This document shows, one piece after another, positions 40,550 through 50,100 of a stretch of 64,000 nucleotides of DNA (positions within the stretch are counted from its first letter, which is position 1; every line of letters starts with the position of its first letter). Below the pieces are notes generated by a model. That model made no database searches and had not been told where the DNA came from. It saw nothing but the letters and a program-made list of their open reading frames with translations. Source of the stretch: Deltaproteobacteria bacterium (GTDB lineage: Bacteria > Myxococcota > JACRCW01); assembly GCA_016218805.1 (NCBI GenBank), contig JACRCW010000064.1:1-64000 (forward strand), in the 5' to 3' direction. The position numbers and the translations under genes were made by a program.

Positions 40550-41662
40550 ATGGGGCGGTCCAGGACGGCGTGGGCGTGGGTGTGTTGGGGACTGGTGCTG
40601 GTGCTGGCCGGGTGTCCCGCGCGCACGGGCGGCAACGGCGACGACGGCTCCAGCGGGGGCGGCGGGGCGTCCTCGGCCGCGGGCACTGCCAACACGTCGC
40701 ACGGAGTGGTCAGCGGCTCCGGCTTCACCCCTGCCTCCACGTCGTTGTCCGCTACTTCCATTCCCACCGCCGCATCCAGCGGCAGCGCCAACCCCCAGAG
40801 TTCCTCCGCGGTGTCCCAGGTCGCCGGGGTGTCGTCGTCAACGGGCGCCGCCACGTCAGCGGCGTCCGCGTCCGTTGGCGCGTCTGGGTCCTCCTCCGCG
40901 GCGGGGCTGGACGGCGGGGTCCCGGACGCCGCGCCCATCGTCTGCGGCGGGGGACCGCTCAACTGCGGCGCGGGTGAGGTCCCGCATTGCTCGGCGGAAG
41001 GGCAGGGCAGCTGCTGCGGCGGCACCTGGTCGCAGTACTGCGAGCGCCCCGGTGTGGCCGGCTGCTTCCGCGCCACCGACGACTGCACGACGCTGACGCG
41101 GTGCGCGGGCGACGGGGGCGGCGTGTTTGCGTGCACGGCGGGTGAAAGCCCCCACTGCATGCCCAACGGGCAGGGCGTGTGCTGCGGCGGCGGCAACCCG
41201 GTGTTCTGTGCGGGCACCGGTTGCTGGTCCGTGGGAACCGACTGCACCACCATCCAATCCTGCGGTGACGCTGGACTGTCCGCCTGTCCCACGGGCAGCA
41301 CCACGTACTGCGAACCCTCCGGGCAGCTGTCCTGCTGCACCAGCCAGTTTCCCGTGCATTGCGCGGGCACCGGTTGCTGGCAGACCGGTACGGACTGCGC
41401 CACCATCACCACGTGCGGCGCGGACGGCGGCGTGCACGCGTGTGGCAGCGGCAGCGTGGCGCACTGCACCGGCACGGCCGACCTGGTGTGCTGCCCGTCG
41501 GGGAGCCTGTTCTGCGACGTGCCCGCCGGCGCATCATGCTGGTCCGGAAATACGGATTGTTCCACCGTGCGGTGGTGCCCGTACCCTGACGGCGGCGGCC
41601 ACCTTGCCGGTTGCACGGCGGGGTTCACGGTGGACTGCACCAACAACCAGTGCCGGCAGTGA
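40550..41662 (+). CDS. Cys-rich repeat lipoprotein
   Basis: LAGC lipobox, Ser-rich linker, four ~52-aa repeats with 8 Cys each. GGAGG RBS. Confidence 0.8.
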   Translation: MGRSRTAWAWVCWGLVLVLAGCPARTGGNGDDGSSGGGGASSAAGTANTSHGVVSGSGFTPASTSLSATSIPTAASSGSANPQSSSAVSQVAGVSSSTGAATSAASASVGASGSSSAAGLDGGVPDAAPIVCGGGPLNCGAGEVPHCSAEGQGSCCGGTWSQYCERPGVAGCFRATDDCTTLTRCAGDGGGVFACTAGESPHCMPNGQGVCCGGGNPVFCAGTGCWSVGTDCTTIQSCGDAGLSACPTGSTTYCEPSGQLSCCTSQFPVHCAGTGCWQTGTDCATITTCGADGGVHACGSGSVAHCTGTADLVCCPSGSLFCDVPAGASCWSGNTDCSTVRWCPYPDGGGHLAGCTAGFTVDCTNNQCRQ

Positions 41663-41690
41663 GACTGTCTCTTCACGTGGAGGTGTGTCC

Positions 41691-42251
41691 GTGGCGTTGA
41701 CGTTCAAGGAACTGGTGGCTTCAGACCGGGCCAAGCTGGAAGCGCTGATGACGGAGGGCCGCGGCCCCACGCTGGAGTCCATTGCCGGCTGGGAGTTCCG
41801 CGGCCACAACGTGCTGGCCCCGCACGAAAAGCTGGTCATGACCGTCATGTCCAACGTGCGCTTCATCAAGTGCTTCTTCCCGGAAGACCGGCAGGCCACG
41901 CCGGGCCGCACCTATGAGATGCTCCACGGCTACAACCTCAAGGTGCGCAACGGCGGCGTGGATGACCCGTGGACCACGATTCCCGACGAGAAAACGCCCA
42001 ACCGGCTGGGGCATTACCGGGTCTACCGCGCGCGCAACCGTCCCGGGACCAACGTGTATCCCAACGCGATCTTCCTGGACTACAAGCAGCCGCAGAACAA
42101 CCTGTTTTCCGGCAGCACCATTGATGACTACGTGGTCCAACCGGATCCCGGAAACCCGGACCTGCTCATGGGCAAGGCGTACACCAACCTGGCGGTGATG
42201 ACGCCCGCCACCTTCTTCATCCTGGAACGCTACCAGCGGCATGACCGCTGA
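41691..42251 (+). CDS. Hypothetical protein
   Basis: GGAGG RBS before a GTG start. Globular composition (IFLDY, DYVVQ, LMGKAY, FFILER). Confidence 0.75.
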   Translation: MALTFKELVASDRAKLEALMTEGRGPTLESIAGWEFRGHNVLAPHEKLVMTVMSNVRFIKCFFPEDRQATPGRTYEMLHGYNLKVRNGGVDDPWTTIPDEKTPNRLGHYRVYRARNRPGTNVYPNAIFLDYKQPQNNLFSGSTIDDYVVQPDPGNPDLLMGKAYTNLAVMTPATFFILERYQRHDR

Positions 42252-42356
42252 GGCACCGCGTAAGAGCTTCAACCCCGCAGCGTCGACGGCAAGGACCCGC
42301 GGTGCGGTGGAGAAAAGTCCGGCGCCGTCGTATCAAGCGCGCCACGAGGTGCTTGC

Positions 42357-43565
42357 GTGACCGAGATCCTGGCGGTGACCCTGATATTCGGCACACCCAT
42401 CTTCTGGTACGTGGCCCGCCGGTATTTCAATGCGCTGGAGAAGGGCCTGGTGCCGCCGCCCAGCGCGCTGCTGGGCCAGCCCGACGAGAAACTCAAGGCG
42501 CAGGTGGCGGCCCTGTCCGCGCAGCGGGACACGCTCACCGACCGGGTGAAGAACCTGGAATCCATTGTGTGCAGCCTGGATGGTGACCTGAACCTGCGGT
42601 TGGGTCGGCTGGCGCGCCAGCAGAACCTGTTGTCACAGCAGCACCGCGCGCTTCCCGCCCCCACGGGCCCCGGCGCCGCCGCGCTCACCCCGCCTGGGCC
42701 GCCTGACGCCGGGGCCACCATGGCGGGCCCGGGTGAACTCGCCGCGGGGAGCGTGCTGGCCAAGCGCTTCCGCATTGAGGGGCTGGTGGGCCGCGGCGGC
42801 ATGGGCGCGGTGTACCGGGCGTTTGATGAATCCATGAAGGAGACCGTGGCACTCAAGGTCATCTCCAGCCTGCACTACGACAACATGAACGAGGTGGCGG
42901 AGCGCTTCCGGCGCGAGGCCTCCGCGTCACGGAAGATCAACCACCCGCATGTCATCCGCATCCATGACCTCGGCGTGGACGAGCGCGGGATGATGTACAT
43001 CTGCATGGAGTACTTTGCGGGCCGCACGCTGTTGGACGTCATCACGCGCACGCCGAGCCAGCCGGTGGCCCGCATCCTGGACGTGCTGTCCCGGACCTGC
43101 GCCGGCCTGCAGGCCGCGCACGACGCCGGCGTCATCCACCGCGATTTGAAACCCGCCAACGTGCTCACCAACGAAGCGGGCGACCTGCGCATCATCGACT
43201 TTGGCCTGGCGCGCCTGGAGTTCCGCGAGGGCATGACCTCCACGGGGATGGTGCTGGGCACGCCGCACTACATGTCCCCCGAGCAGATACGCGGGGAACG
43301 CGTGGGCCCCGCCACGGACGTCTACTCGCTGGGCGCGCTGGCCTACCACCTGGCCACCGGCGTGCCGCCCTTTGACGGGGACACGCCCATTGCGGTGGGT
43401 TTTGCGCATTGCACCGAGCGCGTGCGGCCGCCGCGGGACATCCGCCCGGACCTTCCCGGGGCGCTCAGTGACGTCATTGTGCAAGCGCTGGAAAAGGACC
43501 CGGCACGCCGGCCGGCCTCCGCGGCCCAATTCGCGGCATTGATGAATTCACCGGCAAAGGCGTGA
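42357..43565 (+). CDS. Ser/Thr protein kinase with N-terminal TM and coiled coil
   Basis: GRGGMGAVY, VALK, HRDLKPAN, DFG, GTPHYMSPE, DVYSLG. Confidence 0.95.
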   Translation: MTEILAVTLIFGTPIFWYVARRYFNALEKGLVPPPSALLGQPDEKLKAQVAALSAQRDTLTDRVKNLESIVCSLDGDLNLRLGRLARQQNLLSQQHRALPAPTGPGAAALTPPGPPDAGATMAGPGELAAGSVLAKRFRIEGLVGRGGMGAVYRAFDESMKETVALKVISSLHYDNMNEVAERFRREASASRKINHPHVIRIHDLGVDERGMMYICMEYFAGRTLLDVITRTPSQPVARILDVLSRTCAGLQAAHDAGVIHRDLKPANVLTNEAGDLRIIDFGLARLEFREGMTSTGMVLGTPHYMSPEQIRGERVGPATDVYSLGALAYHLATGVPPFDGDTPIAVGFAHCTERVRPPRDIRPDLPGALSDVIVQALEKDPARRPASAAQFAALMNSPAKA

Positions 43566-43580
43566 CCCGGTGACGGGGCC

Positions 43581-44858
43581 TCAGGGCGCAAGTTCCAGCG
43601 CCCTGAACAGCGAGGGTTGCTTGCCCGTGCCCATGCCCGGCGTGAGTTCCAGCCATTGATCGCGCCCGGCGCCGTCGTCGTCGTTCACCATGGCGCAGAA
43701 GCCAAACACCGTCCCGGCGGTAAATGCCGGCTGCCCCAACTCCGCCGCCGTGTAACAGACCTCGTAGTACCAGGTGTTGTCCGCGTTCTGGACGCTGCAC
43801 GTGCCTGACCCGGTGGCGCCCGCCGGCGTCGGCGCCCAGCGGTACGTGCGCAGCTGAGAATCCGGGCTGAGCACGGCGCAACCCAGCTCGCGGTCCTCCG
43901 TGAAGTACGCCGCATCGTCGCCGTCGTGGTCTACGTCAAACGCGAACTGGATGCTGTCCCCCCGCCACAGGTAGGTGCTGTCCGCGGACTCCACGTTGCG
44001 GTGGACGTCGTCCGTCACCATCACCGCCAGGCACAGCGCGTCCGTGTTCCATTGCACCGCCACGTACGCGGACAGGTCCACCACCGGGGGCTGCGGGGCG
44101 CCGGCCACCGCGGGCAACGGGGTCCAGGTGGCGGTGTCCCATTCGGCCAGGGCGCCGTCCGGGACCACCGCCAGCCCGGACGGGGCGACAATCCGGGGCA
44201 GCGCCGACGACGAGCTGGCCGCACCGCTGGATGACGAGGTGCCCGGCGCGGACGCGCCCGACGAGGACATAGGCCCCGACGAGCCGCGGGAATCCGGCGT
44301 GGAGGTTGCCGACGACGAGGACGCGGCAGCACTGGACGAGGAAGGCGGTGGGCGGCTGGTGCCAAATCCCGACGACGACACGGCGGACGAAGCGGCGCCG
44401 CTGGAGGGCGGCGCGAGTGAGGATGGCGCCGCGGAGGAGGAGGAGGAGGAGGAGGAGCGCGAACTGCCCGCGCCCGACGAGGGGATTCCGGCGGAACTGG
44501 CGGCGGAGGACCCCCCGGACGGCGTTGACGACGACGCCCCGCGGGAACTGGAGGGGACACCGCTGGATGCCATGAACGCGCTGGAGGCCGCATTTGACGA
44601 TCCGGCCGAGGCCGATGACGACGACGGAGACGGTGAGGCGCTGGAAGCGGTGCCGCCCGCGCAGTGCCCAGCCACGCAGGGGCCATTGCGACCGCAATCC
44701 AGGTCATCGCGACACGTGCGCCGGCAAATGCGTTCGCGGACGTCACACACATAGCCGCCCGCGCAGTCCGCATCTGCGGCGCAACGGTACCCGGCGGGGG
44801 CGTTGCAACCGAGCGCCACGGCGAGCAGCGCACAGGCGGCGACGGCAGCGGGTTGCAT
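43581..44858 (-). CDS. Lipoprotein with Cys-rich N-terminus, Ser-rich linker and C-terminal CBM9-like domain
   Basis: ALGC lipobox, CxxDxDC motifs, DGALAEW, WNTDALCLAVMVTDD, WRGDSIQFAFD, MVNDDD. Confidence 0.75.
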   Translation of the reverse strand: MQPAAVAACALLAVALGCNAPAGYRCAADADCAGGYVCDVRERICRRTCRDDLDCGRNGPCVAGHCAGGTASSASPSPSSSSASAGSSNAASSAFMASSGVPSSSRGASSSTPSGGSSAASSAGIPSSGAGSSRSSSSSSSSAAPSSLAPPSSGAASSAVSSSGFGTSRPPPSSSSAAASSSSATSTPDSRGSSGPMSSSGASAPGTSSSSGAASSSSALPRIVAPSGLAVVPDGALAEWDTATWTPLPAVAGAPQPPVVDLSAYVAVQWNTDALCLAVMVTDDVHRNVESADSTYLWRGDSIQFAFDVDHDGDDAAYFTEDRELGCAVLSPDSQLRTYRWAPTPAGATGSGTCSVQNADNTWYYEVCYTAAELGQPAFTAGTVFGFCAMVNDDDGAGRDQWLELTPGMGTGKQPSLFRALELAP

Positions 44859-45011
44859 GCGGTTGGGGCGCACGGGGACAGCGGACCACCCTGCGCGCGG
44901 AGCGTCAACCCGTCCCGACGAGCGCTGCCGGGCGCGGCGGATCCAAGTCTGAGCCGGCATCTGTTCCACGAATGCCACGTCCGAACTGCATGCACGCTCT
45001 GCGTGCATGCG

Positions 45012-45190
45012 TACCCGCCCCCTTTTGGGGGGCGGCCGGCGACGTCAGTCGCCGGGGGTGGGGGGCCCGCCAGCGGGTTGGTCCCACCCGGGGAAGACGG
45101 TGGTAGCGGACCCCCCACCCCCCCCCCACCCCCCTCGCAGACGTCGCTGCGCTCCGTCGTCGAGGGCCGCCCCCCAAGGGGGGCGGCGTA
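45012..45190. repeat. REP/MITE-like structured intergenic element with imperfect terminal inverted repeats
   Basis: 45012-45037 is approximately the reverse complement of 45165-45190, and each end is itself a G/C hairpin. Internal hairpin CCGGCGAC-GTCA-GTCGCCGG and complementary G- and C-tracts. Confidence 0.6.
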
Positions 45191-45335
45191 GATGGGCTTG
45201 CCTGCGGCAAGCCCGCGACGCGTCGTGGAGCGGGCCTCCGCTGCTCCGCGCCTCTCAGGATCGAGTCCGCCTCGCAGCCGGGAGCGCGCTCCGGCCATCG
45301 TTGCGACGTGAGGCCGCGGTCGATACCGTCGGGAA

Positions 45336-46217
45336 ATGAGCCCGCAATCCAGCGCAGCACCGTCCACCAGCACGGCCACGGTGGCGACCGGAACCGACCG
45401 CGCACCCACGGTGGCGGGAGTGGTCCGCTTTGACATGGCCGCGACGGCGCTGGCCGTCAGCGGCTGGGTGTTCCTCGGCATCACCGGCCTGCCCATTCCG
45501 TGGCGGATCGAGCCGCTCGCGTTGATCGGCGGCCTGCTTGTTTCAATTCCGCTTGCGCTGCTTACAAGCGCGTTGTCGTCCGTGTTGTCCGGTCGGCGGC
45601 CGCGCTTGTGGGTGGATGACGCGTCGCTGGTGCACCATGCAGTGATGCCCATGGATGTCCAGGCCAGCGTGGGGGCCATCACGGAGCGTGCGGCGCGCGC
45701 GCACCTGGTGGCCACGCGCGCGGACGCTCCGCAGGGTTGTGCCGTGCTGGAACTGCAGCATGACGCGGGCCCCGGTTACGGGTTTGTGGACACCGTCGCG
45801 TCCCTGCCGGTGTCCGTGCGGGCGGAACTGACCCCGTCACCGCAGGGCACGGCGGTGCAGGTCACCGCAACATTGCGCACCACCATGGTGCTCACCACCA
45901 ACCGGCCGGAGGTCCTGGAGGGAATCGTGCGCTACCTGGCGCTTCAGGCGGCGGACCCTGTCGTGCGCACGCCGCCCATCCTGCTCCGCAGCGGCCTGGC
46001 GCTGTTTGAACTGTCGCCGTGGCTCGCGCTGGCCGGCGCGTGGTCCGGCGTTGGGGCGGACGGCGCCATTGCGTGGTGCGGTTCCTCGGCCGTCCTGACG
46101 ACGCTGGGATTGGCCATTGTTGCGGTGCAGCGCCATGCGGTGGGCGGGTGGGCGGGTGCGCTGGCATGGGTGGGATGCGCGCTGCCCGTGCTGCTGGGTT
46201 TCATCGGCACGTTGTAG
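45336..46217 (+). CDS. Hypothetical membrane protein
   Basis: Two N-terminal and about three C-terminal hydrophobic helices. Confidence 0.6.
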   Translation: MSPQSSAAPSTSTATVATGTDRAPTVAGVVRFDMAATALAVSGWVFLGITGLPIPWRIEPLALIGGLLVSIPLALLTSALSSVLSGRRPRLWVDDASLVHHAVMPMDVQASVGAITERAARAHLVATRADAPQGCAVLELQHDAGPGYGFVDTVASLPVSVRAELTPSPQGTAVQVTATLRTTMVLTTNRPEVLEGIVRYLALQAADPVVRTPPILLRSGLALFELSPWLALAGAWSGVGADGAIAWCGSSAVLTTLGLAIVAVQRHAVGGWAGALAWVGCALPVLLGFIGTL

Positions 46218-46238
46218 CAGCGGGCGCATTGCGGGGGC

Positions 46239-46889
46239 TCAACGCTGCTTCTTCACAATACGCAGATGGGACACCGCCTTGGACGGCGTGAATTCCACGC
46301 ATTCATACAGGTCCTCAACGCCACCCAGACCTTCAAAGATGCGCTCGCCCTGACCCAACAGCAGTGGCACCTGCACCAGGTGCAGCTCATCCACCAGCCC
46401 CGCCTTCATGTACTGGCGCACCGTTCCCGGCCCTCCCGCCAGGCGGACGTCTGCACCCTTGGCAGCCTCCTGGGCGCGCCTCAGTGCGGACTCAATGCCG
46501 TCATTCACAAAGGTGAACGTGGTGCCGCCCTGCATCTCAATGGGGTCCCGCTTCTGGTGGCACAGGACAAAGACAGGGTGGTGATACGGGGGATTGTCTC
46601 CCCACCAGCCCTTCCAGTTGAGGTCCCAGGGCCCGCGGTCCGGGCCAAACATGTGGCGGCCCATGATGGAAGCGCCAATGTTGTCGTCGGAATGGACCAC
46701 AAAGTCGTTGTCGATTCCCTCCGCGCCGTCACCGGGCCGCCCGAACCTGGCGCTGAAGAACCTGGTGGCAAACGCCCAGTCCATGAGCCTGAGTCCGCCC
46801 CTGCCAAACGGCGCATCCAGGGACTGGTTGGGGGCGGCGCTGAAGCCGTCCAGAGACACGGCGAAACTGCGAACCACAAGTCTGCCCAC
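46239..46889 (-). CDS. Dihydrofolate reductase family (RibD C-terminal-like) protein
   Basis: SLDGF, GASIMGRHMF, WWGDNPPYHHPVFVL, LVDELHL...PLLLGQG. GGAGG upstream of GTG 46889. Confidence 0.9.
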   Translation of the reverse strand: MGRLVVRSFAVSLDGFSAAPNQSLDAPFGRGGLRLMDWAFATRFFSARFGRPGDGAEGIDNDFVVHSDDNIGASIMGRHMFGPDRGPWDLNWKGWWGDNPPYHHPVFVLCHQKRDPIEMQGGTTFTFVNDGIESALRRAQEAAKGADVRLAGGPGTVRQYMKAGLVDELHLVQVPLLLGQGERIFEGLGGVEDLYECVEFTPSKAVSHLRIVKKQR

Positions 46890-47106
46890 GGTGCCACCTC
46901 CGACCTGGAAACCATCTCGGCACGGACCGCCCGCGCCTGCCTGCCCGGCCGCCGAAGTCCGGTCGCCGGCTTGTAGTCTTGCGCTGCATACTCTGCGCGA
47001 GATCTGCACCCTGCGCCTCATTCCGCTTGCTTTTGGTTGTGCGGCAAAGCTAACGTCGCGCGAGCAAACAATAGACATCCGCGAAAAAAGGGCGAGGTCC
47101 TCGACC

Positions 47107-50100
47107 ATGCGACGACTCCTTCACCCGGTTTCTCTGATTCCGGTCCTGGCAGCGCTTCAGTTCGCCCCGTTGACGGCCAACGCGGATGCGTGCGCGCCCG
47201 GTCTCGCGGCGTACCCCGAAGGCTGCTGCAACGGGCGGGTGTGGGCCTCGTGCATCACCAACGTCGAGTACGCGCTGGATTGCTCGTCCACGACGGACCC
47301 GAACCAGGGTTGCATCTGGGACACCGGGTTGAGCGCCTACGGGTGCGGCGACACGACGGTGAACCCGTCGGTGGACCCGTCCCTGACGTATGCGCGCGCG
47401 TGCTCGTGCACCATTGATTGCGCGGGCCGCACCTGCGGCAGCGACGGATGTGGTGGGCAGTGCGGCGTGTGCACCGGCAGCAGCTACTGCGACGGTACGC
47501 AATGCGTCTGCTCCCCGGATTGCACCAACCGGTGGTGCGGTGACGACGGGTGCGGCGGTACCTGCGGTGACTGTACCGGGGGCCAGGTCTGCTACGACCC
47601 CGCCATTGGCTGCGAGAACTGCCAGCCCGATTGCACCGGCAAGCAGTGTGGCTCCGACGGTTGCGGCGGACAGTGCGGGCTGGGCTGCGGCGGCGGCATG
47701 GTGTGCAACGCGCAGGGCCAGTGCGACGTGTGCGTGCCGGATTGCGCCGGGAAGATCTGCGGCAGCGACGGGTGCAGCACCATGTGCGGCAACTGCCCGT
47801 CCCAGTACGACACCTGCAGCGCCGACCAGACAACGTGCATTGCATGCGTCCCGGCGTGTTCGGGCAAGCAGTGCGGCGACAACGGCTGCGGCGGCACGTG
47901 CGGGACCTGTGGGTCAACGGAGATCTGCACCGCGGCGCAGCAGTGCGTGGTGTGCACGCCTGATTGCACGGGCAAGCAGTGCGGTGACGACGGGTGTGGC
48001 GGCTCGTGCGGGACCTGCACGTCGGGCACCTGCTCGGTCAGCGGCGTGTGCGATTCCCGCTATTGCCGCGATATCCCCGCGCTGGGCTGCTGTGACGGCA
48101 CCGAGCGCCTGTCCTGCAGCTACCAGTTGATCGACGTGGAGGACTGCGCGGCCACCGGCGGCATGTGCGGACTGAGCGCCAACTCGTTTGGCGTGGCGGG
48201 GTGTTTCTCTGCCGCGGAGGTGACCAGCAGCGCGCCGTGTCCCGCCCCGTGCACTCCCAACTGCACCAACAAGAACTGCGGTGACGATGGGTGCAACAAC
48301 GTCTGCGGGGTGTGCGGCGCCGGTCAGTTGTGCAACGCCGCCCAGCAGTGCGAGGCGTGCGTGCCCGCGTGTTCGGGACGCGTGTGCGGGTATGACTTCT
48401 GCGGTGGCTCCTGCGGCACGTGCACGGGCGCAGGCGAGGTGTGCACCCCGGATGGCCAGTGCGTGGTGGAGGAGCGGACCTGCGCCAACGTGCCGGTGGG
48501 CGGCTGTTGCGAGGGCGGCATCTACAAGCAGTGCGACGACGGCCCGATGGCCCAGCTGCGCTGCTCGGACTTCGGCGACGTGTGCGGCAGCAATTGGTTC
48601 GGCGGCTTTGCGGGGTGCTGGCCGCAGTCACAATACGAAGGCCCCAAGCCGTGCGCCTGCATTCCCAAGTGCACCGGCAAGGAGTGCGGACCCGACGGGT
48701 GCGGCGGCGTGTGCGGCACCTGCCACGCCGGCCAGGACTGCGATGAGAACGCGCAGTGCGTCTACCCTGCGTGTCCCGATCTCCCGGATGAGCGCTGCTG
48801 CACCGGCGAGGTGCTCTCCGGCTGCAGCCAGCGCGGTGCGCTGCCCGTCGACTGCAAGTCGCGCAACCAGTACTGCGGCTGGGATTCGGACCAGGGCGTC
48901 TACGGCTGCGTGGACTCCCCCAACCTCACCGACCCGGCCGGCGCGCTGCGGAATTGCCCCGGCGCCCCCACGTGCACCCCGAGTTGCACCGGCCGCACCT
49001 GCGGCAGCGACGGATGCGGCGGAAGCTGTGGAACGTGCCCCACCGACCGGACCTGCGATTTCACCACCGGCACGTGCGTGGGCGAAACCATGTGTTCGTC
49101 ACTGCCGCCGGGCGGCTGCTGCTACGTCAACACGGAGTACTACAACATCGTCCAGCACCTCTCCTGCTCGTCGACGGACGACTACCCCTCGCGGCAGCAC
49201 TGCGGCCTGATGCCCAACCCCAGCGGGTGGGGCTCGGTCCAGGGCATGTGCGGCTGGGCTGATGGCCGCGTGGCCTGCGTGCCCAAGACCAGCACCGCCC
49301 AGCCGCCGTCCGGCACCAACATCTACTGCCCCACGGGCACCTGCATCCCCAAGTGCGACGGCACCGACCAATGCGGTGCCGACGGCTGCGGGGGGGTGTG
49401 TGGCATCTGCCCCGCCACACACAGCTGCGTGGCCGCTGCGGACGGGACGGGCGGCCATTGCGTCGCACCGTGTTCGCCTTCATGCGCGGGACGCACATGC
49501 GGCTCTGACGGCTGCGGGGGCAGCTGCGGTGACTGCAACTACAACGAGGAGTGCAAGGAGCTTGAACTCGGCAAGAGCGCGTGCGTCTTTGTCAACCGCT
49601 GCAACGGCCTGCCTGACGAGGGCTGCTGTGACGGGCGGGACCGGGTCAGACGTTGCCACAACGGCTACCCGGTGAGTGAGGAGTGCGGCTCCCTGGTGTC
49701 ATGCGGTTGGTACGAAGGCGGCGGGAGCTACGTGTGCGGGCGCACCAACGGCGCGGCCGACCCGAGCGGAGTCCATCCCAAGACGTGCCCGGGTGGCAGT
49801 TCGGCGTGCGTGCCTCGCTGCGGGGGCAAGGAGTGTGGTGTTGACGGGTGCGGCGGCTCGTGCGGCACGTGCACGGGAGGCATGGAGTGTGACCGCGCGG
49901 GGAAGTGCCGCACACCCACGTTCACGGGCGGCAAATACGACCAGTACACTTACACGTTTTCTCCCTCGGCAGGCTGTTGTTACGACGACGGAACAATGCA
50001 GTACGAACGCTACAACGCGGATGTCTACCTGGGGAAACAGCGCGTAGGGCAATTGCCCTGTTATTACGGCTGCGGGTTCAACGAGCAGTACCAGATGTAC

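Noticed and set aside
40420..41676. N-terminal extension of the 1407-aa ORF 37453..41676
   Set aside because: It is the antisense shadow of the + strand lipoprotein. The signal peptide and RBS place the protease start at 40419.
44433..44457. (GAG)n microsatellite
   Set aside because: It encodes a poly-Ser linker on the minus strand. A triplet repeat cannot cause a phase-variable frameshift.
46594..47106. N-terminal extension of the 3126-aa ORF
   Set aside because: It overlaps the DHFR-family gene on the opposite strand. The signal peptide starts at ATG 47107.
46890..47106. Possible sigma54 promoter upstream of the giant operon
   Set aside because: The region is relatively AT-rich and probably holds promoters, but I found no convincing -24/-12 consensus.
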